Shown: positions 39,539 to 51,396 of the stretch, piece after piece | Numbering within the stretch: position 1 is the stretch's first letter | How the letters are laid out: every line of letters begins with the position of its first letter | From: the human T2T-CHM13v2.0 reference genome, Homo sapiens | Length of the DNA: 64,000 bases | Assembly (NCBI RefSeq): GCF_009914755.1 | Contig: NC_060940.1 | Strand: one strand, 5' to 3' | The notes under the pieces: generated by a model | Told to the model about the DNA's origin: nothing | The model's input: the letters and a program-made list of their open reading frames with translations, nothing else | The model's database searches: none | Program-made: the position numbers and the translations under genes

Positions 39539-40303
39539 TGTGATGGTTAATACTGACTGTCAGCTTGATTGGGTGGAAGGATGCAACGTATTGATCCTGG
39601 GTGTGTCTGTGAGCATGTTGCCAAAGGAGATTAACATTTGAGTCAGAGAGCTGGGAAAGGCAGAGCCACTCTTAATCTGGGTGGGCCCAATCTAATCAGC
39701 TGCCAGCACAGCCAGGATAAAAAGCAGGCAGAAAAATGTGAAAAGACTAGACTGGCTTAGCCTCCCAGCCTACATCTTCCTCTTGTGCTGGATGCTTCCT
39801 GCCCTCGGACATTGGACTCCACGTTCTTCAGCTTTGGAACTCATACTGGCTTCCTTGCTCCTCAGCTTGAAGACAGCCTATTGTGGGACTTTGTGATCAC
39901 GTGAGTTAATACTCCTTAAGACATGGATGAAGTTGGAAATCATCATTCTCAGTAAACTATCGCAAGAACAAAAAACCAAACACCGCATATTCTCACTCAT
40001 AGGTGGGAATTGAACAATGAGATCACATGGACACAGGAAGGGGAACATCACACTCTGGGGACTGCTGTGGGGTGGGGGGAGGAGGGAGGGATAGCATTGG
40101 GAGATATACCTAATGCTAGATGATGAGTTAGTGGGTGCAGCGCACCAGCGTGCCACATGTATACATATGTAACTAACCTGCACAATGTGCACTTGTACCC
40201 TAAAACTTAAAGTATAATAATAAAAGAAAAAAAAAAGAAACTCCCATTTATATATGTATCTATCCTATTAGTTCTGTCCCCCTAGAGAACCCTGACTAAT
40301 ACA
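39539..40303 (+). mobile_element. MLT2A1 solo LTR, interrupted by L1PA2
   Basis: TGTGATGGTTAATACTG..gagaaccctgactaataCA. Perfect 5-bp TSD ctccc at 39534-38 and 40304-08. Confidence 0.93.
39922..40234 (+). mobile_element. 5'-truncated L1PA2-type insertion
   Basis: 3' UTR diagnostics gagatcacatgg, cattgggagatatacc, gagttagtggg, tgcacaatgtg, cttaaagtat; A-rich tail. Confidence 0.95.
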
Positions 40304-40784
40304 CTCCCCAACTCAAGGTCCTTAAATGAATCACATCTGCAAAGTCCCCTTTGCCATGTAATATGTCATCACAGGGACATCACATGGATATCTTTGGGGA
40401 CCCATTCTACTGACCACACTGTACTGGGTTAGTAAGAAAACTGCTTTCTCTGGCCCGAGGCCTACCTGTGTGTCTAGGATGTGGCTTTCCTGGCATTGCT
40501 TCTTCCTCTCTGCACAGTGGACTTGTAATAGATACTGTGAGTTTCTCAGCTGCAGGGTAACAGTATCCTCAGTGGGCCCATGGAGGGCAGGTTGTGGTGC
40601 ATTCAGCAACAGATACCCAACTTCCTAGCCAGAGCTCTGTGCGCCCAAAGCATCTTCCTTAAATGTGACACACCCAGTTCAATTCTTTCAAGTCCCTCTG
40701 AATCAGGAAATATCATGTTCAGTTAAAGCTGAGATGCAGAGATGTTAAATAATGCGCTACGTGTCTCCTGTATAATATGATTCA

Positions 40785-41010
40785 TGAACTCTGGTGCCAG
40801 ACAGGCCTGGATTCAAATCCAGATCTGATGCGTTGTGACTTTGTGCATGTTATTCCACCCCTCTGGGCCTCCATTTCCCCATCTGTAAGATGAAAATACA
40901 GTACCCATGTCACAGTTGTTGTGAGCATTAAATGAGGGAAGGCTTGTAAAGTGCTTACTATAGGGTCTGGATCAATACATGTTGGCTGTTTCATCATAAT
41001 TATTGTTACC
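40785..41010 (+). mobile_element. MIR
   Basis: ctctggtgccagacaggcctggattcaaatcc..cctccatttccccatctgtaaga..gtgagcattaaatgag. Confidence 0.85.
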
Positions 41011-41029
41011 ATTAAGGTTAGCATTATTT

Positions 41030-41330
41030 GCCAGGCGTGGTAGCTCAAGCCTGTAATCCCAGCACTTTGGGAGACCAAGGCAGGCAGATCTCTAGGTCAG
41101 GAGATCAAGACCATCCAGGCTAACACAGTGAAACCCCATCTATACTAAAAATACAAAAAATTAGCCGGGTGTGGTGGTGGGTGCCTGTAGTCCCAGCTAC
41201 TCGGGAGGCTGAGGCAGAAGAATGGCGTGAACCAGAGAGGCAGAGCTTGCAGTAAGCCAAGATCACACCACTGCACTCTAGCCTGGGTGATAGAGCAAGA
41301 CTCCATCTCAAAAAAAAAAAAAAAAAAAAA
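41030..41330 (+). mobile_element. AluY
   Basis: gagatcaagaccatccaggctaacac, gaatggcgtgaacc, gagcttgcag; pure poly-A tail. Confidence 0.93.
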
Positions 41331-41338
41331 TAGCATTA

Positions 41339-41695
<357 letters not shown>

Positions 41696-43154
41696 TTACA
41701 ATAATAACTATTGAAAATTCTGTTATTATTGCTCCCAACTGGAGACATGAACAAAGGTGATTCCCTGAGATTTGTGGACCCTGGAATACCTGTTTTGGTT
41801 GAACATGGCCCATACAACATGCACAGTGAAAACTGCCTTGTGTACAGTCACACTTGGTTCCTAAGCCAAGTTAGGATGTAGGTGCAGCTACTTTTCTCAT
41901 GTTGTATATGAAGGAAATGAGGGAAGTTAAGTGATTTTCCAATGACAATACTAATATTAATGGGTGAAATTTGAACCTCCTGGGGTCTGTCAGAGCTTGG
42001 GATCCTAATCCTACACACTCTGCTTTATGGAGTAGGTCCTGATAGATAGACAGCATAGCCTGTGTTTTCCTGCCCACCTCTGATGCTAAATGCACCCTGA
42101 GGCCTGAGAACCAGGTGCCAATTAAAGCTCATTAGGATACCATTGTCTCAGGCAGAAATCGGTACTTCTGATTCAGTCCCCATTTCACTGGGCTCCTGTC
42201 CCACAGAATGATGGGAGCAGTGGGCTCTTTGGGGCGTTTCCTTAACCTGCCCAGAGCTCCTTCCTCATATATGTCCTTCTAGATCACCATAAAAGTCAAC
42301 ATTTACATTGAAGCTGGTATTAATGCCAAAGCACGGGGAGTTTTCTCTAAAACAGAAAATGTCCAATTTCTAAAGATCAGGTTCCAGCACAGATAAGTGT
42401 TGACTTCAGCCCTTCTGGGAGCTGCTGCCATGCATACCAACAGGGTCCCGGCGCTGTGCTGAGACAACCCACGCTTCTAACAGGGTGTTTGTCAACAAAA
42501 GGATCTATGTGGGGCTCGAGGAGGTCTTGAATAATGTATAAAATCCACACGTTAAGGTTGATTAAAATCCTAAGTGCATTATCCAACTGGAGCAATAAAG
42601 CTCTTGAGATCTCTGATGGCTGAAATTCATTGATCTTCAAGGACTTTTGTCCTTACAGCACTGTGAGACAATGAATACCAGGGACATCAAATCCATGGCG
42701 AGTCCAGCACTAAGGTATAACGCATAGGGACATCTCCAAGTGAATTCATATACAATGGGAATGTTGCATCATATATTTGATCCTCATATAGCCAGAAATA
42801 AAAAAATGCCAGGAGTTTATCTCTTTTGCTACCTTTTCATAGACACAAAATAAAAGAAAGGAAAGTGTGAGAAGCCAGTTACTAGGGTTTTGAGGAGCAC
42901 GTTCCATGCCTCATCATATGCCACGTGCTTGATTCTCAAGATTTCTACTGCCATCAGGGAAGCTTTGACCTCTGATCTGGCTCGGGAGAAACAGACCCAT
43001 AAACTGGTGATTCCTGGGAGAGTCTTGTTTCATGGTGCACCAAATAGGGGTGTGGTTTCCCATTAGAAAACCACTCACAGGAAGGCCCTGAGAAAGGCAG
43101 ATTCTGGGATAGCCAGACTCCAGGGTAAAAACTTGACCTTTGCCTTGGACACTA

Positions 43155-43894
43155 TGTATGTCCTCTGCCTGTCCCACCAGTGCATTTTGAAAGCAGATAA
43201 CTTTTTGTCTGATTTCACAGGTTCACAGATGGAGAGGAATTTTGCTCCAGGATGATTCATAGCCCAAGTATCACTCATACATGGTTTAGACGATTTTAGA
43301 TGCAATTTTGGATTTAGAGTTGAAGCTGAAATGGGTTAGGAAATTTAGGGATGCAGGGATGAGGTGAATATATTTTACACATGAGAAGGACATGAGTTTT
43401 GGAGAGTAAAAGGGCAGCATGTTATGAATTAGATTGTGTCCCCTACAACCAAATTTATGTGTTGAAATCCCAAACTCCAGTTCCTCAGAGTATGACCTGA
43501 TTTAGACATAAGGTCTTTACAGAGTGAATCAAGTTAAAGCGAGGTCATTAGTGGACCCTAATCCAAATGACTGGCGTTCTTATAACAAGAGGAAATTTGG
43601 ATAGAGACATGAACATGGGGAAACATCAAATGAAGATGAAATAAGAGATCAGGGTGATGTTTCTTCAAATCAAAGAAACTCCCAACCTTCTCTCCCAACC
43701 TCTGAACAACAAGCCACCAGATGTTGGGAGAGGGGCATGGAACCAATTCATCCCGGCAGCTCTCAGAAGGAATCAACACTGCTAATATTGTGATCTCAGA
43801 TCAACAAAACTCCAGAGCTATGAGACAGTACATCTGCGTTGTTTAAGCCACTCATTTTGTGGTACTTTTATGGCAGCCTTAGCAAACAAATATA
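43155..43894 (+). mobile_element. MLT1 internal 3' segment (43155-43419) plus MLT1C LTR (43420-43894)
   Basis: gatttcacaggttcacagatggagaggaattttgc, catgagaaggacatgagttttgg and a purine tract, then an LTR with gttgtttaagccac..tggcagccttagcaaac. Confidence 0.8.
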
Positions 43895-44656
43895 TATTTT
43901 GGTATGTTAGCTGAGGGATTACTTTGTTCATATGAAATTTGATAAGTCCATCATGGAAAGCAGATAAAATATCTGGGTGAAGTGGACTTTGAGAACATAG
44001 AGACTTTCCTCCCCTGTTCCCGTCTCCCTAAAGTGGTTCTGGGGAGGCTCCTGAGGAGCCCTGAGACTACAGTTTGAAAATTGCTGACTGCTCTAAGGAT
44101 AGTAAACAACGCTGACATAATTTGACAGCAACAGCCAACTAGTAGGGCTGCAGCAGCTCCTGGAAGCACTGTGTGAAGGAGGATTTGGAGGCTTCACTCA
44201 GGCTCAAGAGTAAAGTGTGCAGTGACTTATTAGTGATGTCTGCCACAGGCATGGGAATTGTGAGGGGAATAATCATGGAACAAACTAACTATTTTCCATT
44301 CCTGGACCAGTGCACTCATGTGGCAGAAAGGTCAAGTGACTGACTTAAAGCTACATGGCTCTTTTGGAATCAGATGTACTGGGTGGTGTTTCAAGACCAG
44401 ATGTGTGTGAGATTTATTCCTCTGTCTATAGATCCACACTGAGTCACTGACAAAGGCCTGGTCATTCATTCAGTGGAGCCCAGCTTTCCACAGTCGTTTG
44501 ACTCTAGGGCCAAGGTGTGCACCTGCTTTTATTCTTCTCATATTGCTGGTTGTACTGTCAGAATTTCCTTTATTTTTCTCTCTCTCAAATTTCTGTATTG
44601 GGCTTTTTCTGTACTTGAGGGTACTCCTTCCCCTCCGGGAAGCATTGGCACTAGAA

Positions 44657-44850
44657 CAATGATTTTCAACTGGGGATGATTTTGTCAACCAGGGGCAATA
44701 ATTGGACACACGTTTGGCTGGTGCAACTTGGGAGAAGTGCTACTGGCACCTCCTGAATGGAGATTAGGGATGCTGCTCGACAGCTGCAGTCCCCCCAGCA
44801 AGGAGTGGCCCTGCCCTGAATATCAGCAGAGCCGAAGTTGAGAAGCCCTG
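44657..44850 (+). mobile_element. MER20
   Basis: ttcaactggggatgattttg, gtgctactggca, agggatgctgct, gttgagaagccctg. Confidence 0.8.
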
Positions 44851-45439
44851 CTCTATCGTTAGCCTCCCTGCTGCCCATGCTTCCAGAAGTTGCCTTATTT
44901 TTCCACTTTCTCTTTCCCAGAGCCCCAGTTCCCAGAGTGTCCTCTCCAGGCACCTTCCCATAAACTCGCCAGCGCACACTGGGCAGGAGCAGGGGGCCAT
45001 TCTGGAGATGCCTGAGAAGGGTGTGTCTTGCCAGTGTTTTGACCACACCTCTCTGAGGAGAACCACTAAAGCCTGGGTCCCTTGAAGGAACAGATTCTGA
45101 TGAAGGGGCATCACAAGGACTGTAAGGACAAGCTGTTCTCCTGAAAGTCATCCTACAGACTCCAGTTCTCTCCCAGTGGGGCGTCACTGCCGTCTATCAA
45201 CCCCTGGATATTGGTTTAAGAATCTCCCCCACCGGAGGAGATTGTCTAATTTGGGACTTGGGTAATGGAGGGAGGCTTTGGTTAGCCATCTTGGCTTATT
45301 CCACAGAGCTTCTTGTCTCTATTTCTGGAAAGGAAAAATTACTTTTTAGAGAATCACAGAATTTTAGAAACAAAGGTTTTTAGAAGCTCCTGTTAGGGGC
45401 TGTGACAAATCCGAAGGTTGATGGTATCTGACATGGTTC

Positions 45440-45595
45440 ATTTACACGTCTGTTGTCTGTTGTCTGTCTCCACTACTGGATGTGAGTTCCTGAAAGTCAC
45501 GGGCCACGTCTTTTTCACTAAAGTATAGTCAATGTCCAGCAGTGCACTGGCATGCAGGACGCACATATACAAGTTTGCTGAATTAATGAATGAAG
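45440..45595 (+). mobile_element. L2 3' end
   Basis: tgtctgtctcccactactggatgtgagttcctgaa..tttgctgaattaatgaatga. Confidence 0.7.
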
Positions 45596-45636
45596 GCACT
45601 GATTAAGTGGGAGCTGGAACTAAAACTCTACTTGCG

Positions 45637-45685
45637 TATGTGTGTGTGTGTGTGTGTGTGTGTGTCTGTGTATCTGTGTGTGTGT
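45637..45685. repeat. (TG)n microsatellite
   Basis: Directly visible. Confidence 0.95.
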
Positions 45686-45779
45686 TCAGACATAAGAATA
45701 GTACCTAAATAGATATTTAGTAGGGTTTCCATAAATACTTGTTAAACTAATTGTTGGTTGCTGCGGCTGCTTCCATCTC

Positions 45780-45970
45780 TGTGCTGAGCATTTGACATAT
45801 GTAACTCATTTCATTGTCACCCTAACCTTACAAGGTGGGTACTAGTCTCTCCATTCTAAAAGTGAAGACACTGTGCTCAGAGAGGTTTAGTAACTTGTTC
45901 AAATCACAGTGCCAAGGAGCAACAGAGCTAAGATTTGAGTCTTGCTCTGGCAGTAAAATCCAAGCTTGTG
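45780..45970 (-). mobile_element. MIR
   Basis: gacactgtgctcagagaggtttagtaacttgttcaaatcacag. Confidence 0.7.
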
Positions 45971-46374
45971 TGTGCTACTCCCCGACTTTGGAGTTCAAGC
46001 AAGGACATTTGGGGCCCATCTTGTACTCCGTGGGACCATTGGGATCTTTGCACAGAGACAGGCCTGGTGAAACCAGCATTTGGGAAGGAGTATTGGGGAG
46101 CAAGGGTGGATGCAGGAAACTGCTGTCTTACCCTGGGCAGAGTTATCCAGACAGGAGCAAGGGGAAGGCAACGAGATGGGTGGGCGACTTGAAAGAAAGA
46201 AAGATTTGCAGAATGTGCAGGGCCTGGGGGCTTGGAATGTGGAAAATAAAGCTATCCTGGGAAAAGAGAGCAAAGTTAGGAGACATGGGCATAGGGACAG
46301 CAAGATGCTGAGTTGATTTTGGAGTATGTTGAGCTTGAGGCTCGTGAAACATCTACTAGAGGGAGACACAACGA

Positions 46375-46900
46375 AGGTAATAGGATACTTTTGCTATCAT
46401 ACGGTAGAACCCGTTAAAAATAACTCATGCTTAAAGGAGCATATGTTGGATTGTATAACTGAGAAAGATGTAGTGCTGCCTTTAGCCATTTGTGGATCTA
46501 GGGGTTCAACGAAGACTCCAGGTCTCCAGTTTTCTCCAGGAGATATAAGCTTGAGGCAACTGATGGCCATGATATCTGCTCAGGATATCATGGCCACCAG
46601 TTACCCCAAACTTACATCCTAGCAGCCTAGAAACTTGTAGAGGCAGGGGGAGAGAAAGAGACAGAAAGTGAACAAAAGAAATAGAAAGAGATAGGGAGAG
46701 AGAAAAATAGAGATTGATGGATTACTTGGGTGGCTCTAATGACAGCTTCCAGAATCCCAGGTCTCTGGCAGTCAATACCCCTCCAAGTGTGGGAGATAGG
46801 GATCTCTCTACTGGCAGCCCCTCTAGAATCACATACACTGGTCAGTTAGCACGTCCCCAGTGAGAGGCATGAGAGATAGGCAGAAACATAACCAGCATCC
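46375..46900 (-). mobile_element. MLT1K/L-like MaLR remnant
   Basis: tggatctaggggttcaa, atggccaccag..cttacatcct; heavily diverged. Confidence 0.45.
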
Positions 46901-47774
46901 ACTCTAATGCGTGGAGTGGTGTTCATCGTTCATTCTGCAAGGTGAACATCCTAGAAAGGGGATCATCCAGAAGGCAGGATCAGAGGAGAGGCTCTGAGTT
47001 CATGACTTTACCTCTCCCCGGCCTGATTTTAATTTTAAGAAGCACCATCTCTCAGCCTTTTCTTGTTTCCCTTCTTGACTTTGTGTGTCTCCTGGTCACA
47101 GGGCCTGCTTGGCAAGGAAGGAATCTAAGAAGAAGAGCCTAGGCTATTAACACAGGTAACTGAGAGTCGATGTATATGAAAAGGCAGCAGCCCCTTTGCA
47201 GTTTTATTGCTTATTTTATTCACAGTTACCTGCAATATGGCATGGCTGCAGATGGATAGAAATATGCTTCAGTGTAACACATTTACAGCAGGGGGAGAAA
47301 CGGCCCCCAAAACACAACAGCTCAATGCCAAAAGCAGACTTTGCATTTCCTAGACTGTGCTGCTTTCTGAATACAAAGAGACAGATGATTATTGCAGTAA
47401 TGGACAATTAAGCTGTGGTCAGACACTCAAGAAGTACTTTAAACAGTTGGTTATAAATATAACATCAAAGTATTATGATTCACAGGAGAGGAAGTTTACA
47501 GCAGATCCCAGTAATGGTGTCTGAGATGGCACGTAGAGCTAGGATTCAAAGCTGGGCAAATGTAGGTCTTTGGGGCAAATGGTGGGATAGTCTGGGTTGG
47601 ATTAAACCTGAACTTTCTGAGGGCGTGTGATGGACATGGAGTTGCTCACCAATGCCTGCTTTGGGAAGGATTGGTGGCCCCAGCTGTGTGGTCAAAAGAG
47701 CCTTCAGGTGATCAGCGTTCTTCGGGGGTTGCCTCAGCAGGAGGGCCCTCAGACAAGAGTGATTGAGAGGGGTG

Positions 47775-48240
47775 TGTGGCAGGCTGAGCCATGGTGCCCC
47801 CAAGATAGCCACACCCTGATCCCTAGAACCTGTGAATATCTTGCTTTATATGACAAAAGGCTCTTTGCAGTTGTAATGAAGTTAAGGACTTTGAGATGTG
47901 AAGATTATCATGGATTAACTTTGTGGGCCCAAGGTAACCACAAGGGTCCTTGTAAGGAGGAAGCAGGAGAGGCAGAGACAGAAAAGGAGACGTGGTGATG
48001 CAAGTGGAGGCTGCAGTGTTGTGCTCTGAAGATGGAGGAAGGGAAATGTAGGCAGCCTCTAGAAGCTGGAAAGGATGGATCTCCCCAGAGCCTCCCGAGG
48101 GAGTGCAGCCCTGCAGACACCTTGGTTTTAGCCCAGTGAGCCCCGTTTTGTATTTCTGGCCTACAGAGCTGGACGAAAATAAATTCATGTTGTTTTAAGT
48201 CACTGGGTTTGTGATAATTTGTTATAGCAGCCATGGGAGA
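47775..48240 (+). mobile_element. MLT1D LTR inserted in an LTR40-like element (about 47640-47774 and 48241-48487)
   Basis: tgtggcaggc..gaacctgtgaatat..cagcctctagaagctggaaa..aataaattcatgttgttttaag. The right flank has cttccacaggttttgatcccaagggcac. Confidence 0.8.
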
Positions 48241-50389
48241 TGGATTTAAAGGCCCAGCCATTCTAGCCCAAGGCAGGATGATCGAAAAGGCAGACCATTC
48301 TGGCTCCAGGGTACCCTGTGGAGTGAGCCGGGGCAGTTATTGGGTCTTTTTCCAAGCTCAACTTCTCCCTCTGCCCACTTCTTTCCATGCTTCCACAGGT
48401 TTTGATCCCAAGGGCACCCTCTAATAGACATGCCAACCTACAAACACTATATCTGAGTTGGCTTCCACGGGAACCCATGCTGTGATATTGTATACCTGAT
48501 AGGTAGTATCCTACAGTGATTCGGAACATGAGTGTTGGGCCAGTCTGTTCTGGCTCCCCAACATGATAAACTTGGGCATGTTTGCTTGTCTTTTTAAGCC
48601 TTAGTCTCCTCTCCTGTACGATGGGCATGAAAACCACACCTGCAAAGAAGCTTGTAATGAGGATCAACTGACAGCCACCTGGAAAGCACATGGTTCAGGC
48701 CTGCCTTGAGATAAGCTGTTGATAAATGTTACTGATGAGACTGATGATGGTGGAATTGACACTGATGGAGGTTGATGGTGGGGATGCTGATGAAGGTGAA
48801 GAGAGTGATGTGAGAACTCCCAGGGCTTGTGGACACGTATCTGATTTACAGAAGATAATCTAAGGAGAAAGCTCATAGGTTCTCCTATTGGTGCCCAAGA
48901 GGGCAAGGGAGAGAAACACTGAGGAAAGAACCTTATCAGGCTGATCTTCTACCTTCCTCCTGCCTATTCTTAATCCAGAGATAGACTGCTGAGTTCTGGG
49001 CTGGATCCTAGTCTCTGAGCTGGAATCCAGATATTAAATACCAGGTTCCAGACTGGACATCAGCCAACCTGGGAGCTGTTCTTTGGGATTCCTTCTAAGT
49101 TTAATTTCTAGGACTTTTCTGTGCCAAGATCTTGACTCGGATTCTACTCCCAAAGACAGAGATTAGCTGTGTTGGGTCTAAGGGCATTGAAGATCATGCT
49201 CTACCTTCCCCAGGAGGACCCAGAGCCTGTACCTGAGGCTGGGAACAGGGGTCATGTGAGGATCATGTAGACAGAGAGAAGACAGGAGGCACCTTTTAAA
49301 GGATTATCTGAGTTTACATGACACTTTTTCTTTTAACTCGAAAAGAAGCATAAACTACGTTCATGGATCTCAACTGCAGATTCTCCCTTCTGCCCCCCAA
49401 AAATAGCCCTTTGAAGGGTATGAAAAATGACTCTCCTGCTTTTGTTCCTGGCCTCAGAGAGTTCAGCCTGTCAGAAACGCACACTTTGCCAGTGAGCTAC
49501 CAGGGATGCTTGGAACAAGAACTGCCCCCAAAATGCCAGGGGACCCAAACTTGGACTTAATTCACAGTTCGCAAGTCCTCAACATGGGGCTAGCTGAACA
49601 ATTTCAACTAAATGAAACCCTGCATGGTTCTCCTGGGCTGGGCCTGTGGGTGCCATGCCCCAGCTGTCAGCCCCGCTTCACAGCTGAAGATAAATCACAG
49701 CAGAAAATGGAGTGTAATGAAAACACTGACAGACCCTTCAAAGTAATGGAGCTCGGGGGTCTCCCTTTTGTTGCATTCCGTATATTATGCAATTACTGCC
49801 TTGGAAATGGCCTTTTCTTCATTCCTGAGAGGTGTGTGTCCGGCTATAGAATGGAAAGATGCTTTCATGCTTGGGACTGTGTGCAGGTTGGATTCAGCCT
49901 GGGCCAGATCTATCCTTCACAATTGGCAGCAATTTTCCATTTCACGGAGGCTGAAATCAGCCACGTCTAATCACTAGAATCACTACACCAGGGGCTGGGC
50001 AGCGCAAACAGGTCAGACATCCCTTTAATCTGCAATTGAGTTGTTCACACCCCAGGAAATAGATTTTATGCTGCTTTCCTGCTCTGTACAATGGGGTGTG
50101 GTTGAGGAAAGAACGACTTCGCAAGGATGCCTGTTGAGTTGACCGTGTCAAAAGTCATGGGTGGGCGGCATTTAGTACCTTTAGGGGAGGGTCTGGGCAC
50201 AGTGGACACTGTTTCATGGTACAGCTGGGGTGTTCCATTAGGACATGAAATCTTTAGGAAACTCTGGGCTATTGCCTCTCTGTGACCTGCCTCCTGCTTT
50301 CTTAACTCCCCCTGCCTCTGGAAGCCTCTAACTCTACAACAAGGGGGCTTCCTGTTGGCAGCAAGTGAAAATGTGTCCCCGAGGAAGTG

Positions 50390-50955
50390 CTGGGGTTCTT
50401 TCAAAAGGGAAACACCCTTCAGGCTGACTTCAGTTCAAAAACGAAATATATCGCATAAATGTAAAGTTCATTCATATTCACGTACAGCTGGATCCAGAAA
50501 GCGAACTGATGGCTTCTTCATGCTGGCTTCATGCCCAGGAAAGCCCTTTCCCCTGGGCCCTGGAAAATTTCAGGCTCCCATGCTCTCAATCCCAGAACTA
50601 ATGGGATAAAAAGAGATGATGTATTCCCAATAGTTCTAACATGTTTCGGAACTGAGACCCATGAACTGACTGGGTAATATGATCTACCCTAAACCAATTG
50701 CTGTGGCCAGGGAGATGCAATCTACTGATTGGCCAGGCTTAGAGCTGTGCCCATCCCTGAGCCAATTGGGTGGTGAGGAAATTCTGGCTCTGACTGACCA
50801 GGTTCAGGCCATGCCTCCTTCTGAAGTAAATGGTGGTGGAGGGAGTGGAGTCAGACCATTTCAGGACATAGATGGGGTTTGGTAGGGTGGTTTCCTAAGA
50901 CAGTAGGATGCAGTTACCCAGAGAACTGAAAATTAGATGCTAGGCATGCAAAGAT
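50390..50955 (-). mobile_element. MLT1K-like MaLR LTR
   Basis: ccctaaaccaattgctgtggccagggagatg..ctgattggccaggc..tgcccatccctgagccaat. Confidence 0.6.
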
Positions 50956-51396
50956 GAAAATTGGTCCCTGGAGATGACACCAGGTCTGTAGAAGGAGCTG
51001 GCAAGTGTTTGGATGATTTTCTTCCCAAGCAGGTGGTCGCCCTCGGTGTTGGATGTAACCTTGACCCCTCTCAGATTCTTTTTTGACTACCTCTGCTTTG
51101 TTTTCTCCCCTGTGGTCACACCTCACCCACACTTCTTGTTCTTCCATGTCTAGATGAGCAGGAGGAGCACACTGTGGGTCCTGGGATATGGATTCCCGAG
51201 GGGCTGCCAAGGGGCTGGAGGGTGAAAATTGGAAGGGTGAGGAGTTAGCTCCCTTTGAGGGAAGGGGAATGGGAGGCATTTGGAGGCAATTGGAGACGTA
51301 GATGTTCCTGCTCCTTCCCCCTCTCCATGAGCTCCCTTTATAACTTCCTTCCAGAGAAGTGTTGGATTCCCAGTGAACGTGCCTGCTAAGAGCTGT

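Larger units (their letters stand above)
38614..40418 (-). mobile_element. MLT1D host LTR in three pieces (38614-38819, 39375-39538, 40304-40418)
   Basis: Pieces are collinear with the MLT1D antisense consensus. TSD cagta (38609-13) / ctgta (40419-23). Confidence 0.85.

Noticed and set aside
41030-41070. GCTCAAGCCTG suggesting an Old World monkey AluY
   Set aside because: The other macaque diagnostics are absent and the L1 3' UTRs are ape L1PA2-type.
44666-45187. 173-aa ORF (also the 158-aa ORF at 45835, 168-aa at 50914 and 152-aa at 16245)
   Set aside because: They start in or run through MER20, MIR/L2, MLT or LTR40 debris and show no protein-family signature.
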